DNA of 64,000 nt from Planctomycetota bacterium (GTDB lineage Bacteria; Planctomycetota; UBA1135; UBA2386): positions 1 to 64,000 of the forward strand of contig CANMWZ010000019.1 in assembly GCA_947501605.1 (NCBI GenBank). The letters are read 5' to 3'. Positions 63,158 to 64,000 of this stretch are shown here, piece by piece; the first letter of the stretch is position 1, and the number at the start of each line of letters is the position of its first letter. The translations under genes and the position numbers were made by a program. Under the pieces are notes generated by a model, which did no database searches, had not been told where the DNA came from, and saw only the letters and a program-made list of their open reading frames with translations.

Positions 63158-64000
63158 TCAGAATCGCACGGCCAACAGACGCAGCACCGGTCGCAGGCGC
63201 TCGCCGGTGCGCCACGCCTCTGCCAGCAGCACGCGCGGATCGATGGCCAGCTGGCTGTCCAGCACGACGCGCGAGCCGACGACGACGCGCACGTGCTCGC
63301 CGGGAGCAAACCAAGGCTCGCGCAGCATCACCTGCCCCGCGCGAACACCCTGGCTCTTCAAGGTGATGGTCTTCACCCCCTTCACGACTGCGATATCCCA
63401 GGACACCGACACCACGGCCTTCTCCATCGCCCGAATCGTCGCGCGCCGCTGCTCGTCCGCCGACATGCGCGCCGACACCGCCACGCGCTCGGGGACGGCG
63501 CATCGGCGCTCATCGACCTCGAGCACGCGGAACAGCGGGTGCTCGACGTTGGCAGCGTCGGCGAGCAGCACATGGCGCTGCGGCAACGCGTTGGCCGCCG
63601 GCGTTGCCAGCAGTGCCGAACCGGCCTCGCTCTCGCCCGGCAGCGGTTGGTCGTGACCACTGTCAGCGGGCTCCCAGTACTCCATCTGCAAGCCACTGGC
63701 CTTCTTGCCGCGCATCACTTCGCGCAGGTTCCAGACCAGCTCCGGATCGTCCTTGCCGCCGCACACCGACAACACGCGCACGCCACCGAGGTTCGGCAGC
63801 AAGCGAAACGCCGTGCGCCGCGGGCCACCGCCGCGCGCGATGATGCCGCGCACCACGCCAGGGCGATGCAGCGCGTCGTCCCAGCAGGCGTGCCCACCCC
63901 ACGAGTAGCCCGTGAACCACAGCGCGTCCGGGTCGCCGCCAGCGCGGAACGCCACGGTGCGCAGCACCTTCATGTGGGCGTCGCGTCCAGCATCGCGGAA
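63158..64000 (-). CDS. Alpha/beta hydrolase-fold protein, C-terminal part (starts beyond the window)
   Basis: DPDALWFTGYSWGGH nucleophile elbow, GGKDD, GHD. Frame is open to the window edge. Confidence 0.75.
   Translation of the reverse strand, partial: FRDAGRDAHMKVLRTVAFRAGGDPDALWFTGYSWGGHACWDDALHRPGVVRGIIARGGGPRRTAFRLLPNLGGVRVLSVCGGKDDPELVWNLREVMRGKKASGLQMEYWEPADSGHDQPLPGESEAGSALLATPAANALPQRHVLLADAANVEHPLFRVLEVDERRCAVPERVAVSARMSADEQRRATIRAMEKAVVSVSWDIAVVKGVKTITLKSQGVRAGQVMLREPWFAPGEHVRVVVGSRVVLDSQLAIDPRVLLAEAWRTGERLRPVLRLLAVRF

Overview
High-GC bacterial chromosome segment with about 55 densely packed genes. The PSD1/planctomycete cytochrome c plus DUF1501 pair, DUF1080, DUF1573 and DUF1579 point to Planctomycetota (inference). 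I see no rRNA, intact tRNA, CRISPR array, transposase or integrase. Main content: (i) a surface-glycan block at 1-5589 (GT2, two GT4s, and an apparently inactive GT2 fused to a very long coiled coil with an 11-residue repeat); (ii) a gmd-fcl/colC-colD-GT operon at 22913-27854 that looks like a GDP-colitose pathway; (iii) RNA-modification and housekeeping genes (RsmB-, RluA-, TrmJ-type, gpmA); (iv) a four-gene sugar-acid catabolic operon; (v) glycan-degradation genes (GH95, three SGNH esterases, PSD1/DUF1501); (vi) two hybrid histidine kinases; (vii) several gene remnants. The most notable signals missed by the ORF track are a membrane-anchored thioredoxin whose CxxC motif reads TGA-Pro-Ala-Cys (probable selenoprotein, 54765-55211), a three-gene membrane module of a tiny tail-anchored peptide plus two polytopic proteins with enzyme-like His/Glu motifs (13658-15109), an orphan tRNA 3' end followed by a terminator (10623-10687), a solute-binding-protein/metzincin fusion, and recurrent Gln at +1 of predicted signal-peptide cleavage sites. 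All family calls come from reading motifs by eye; no searches were run. Start codons were adjusted by hand where the ORF track over-extends.
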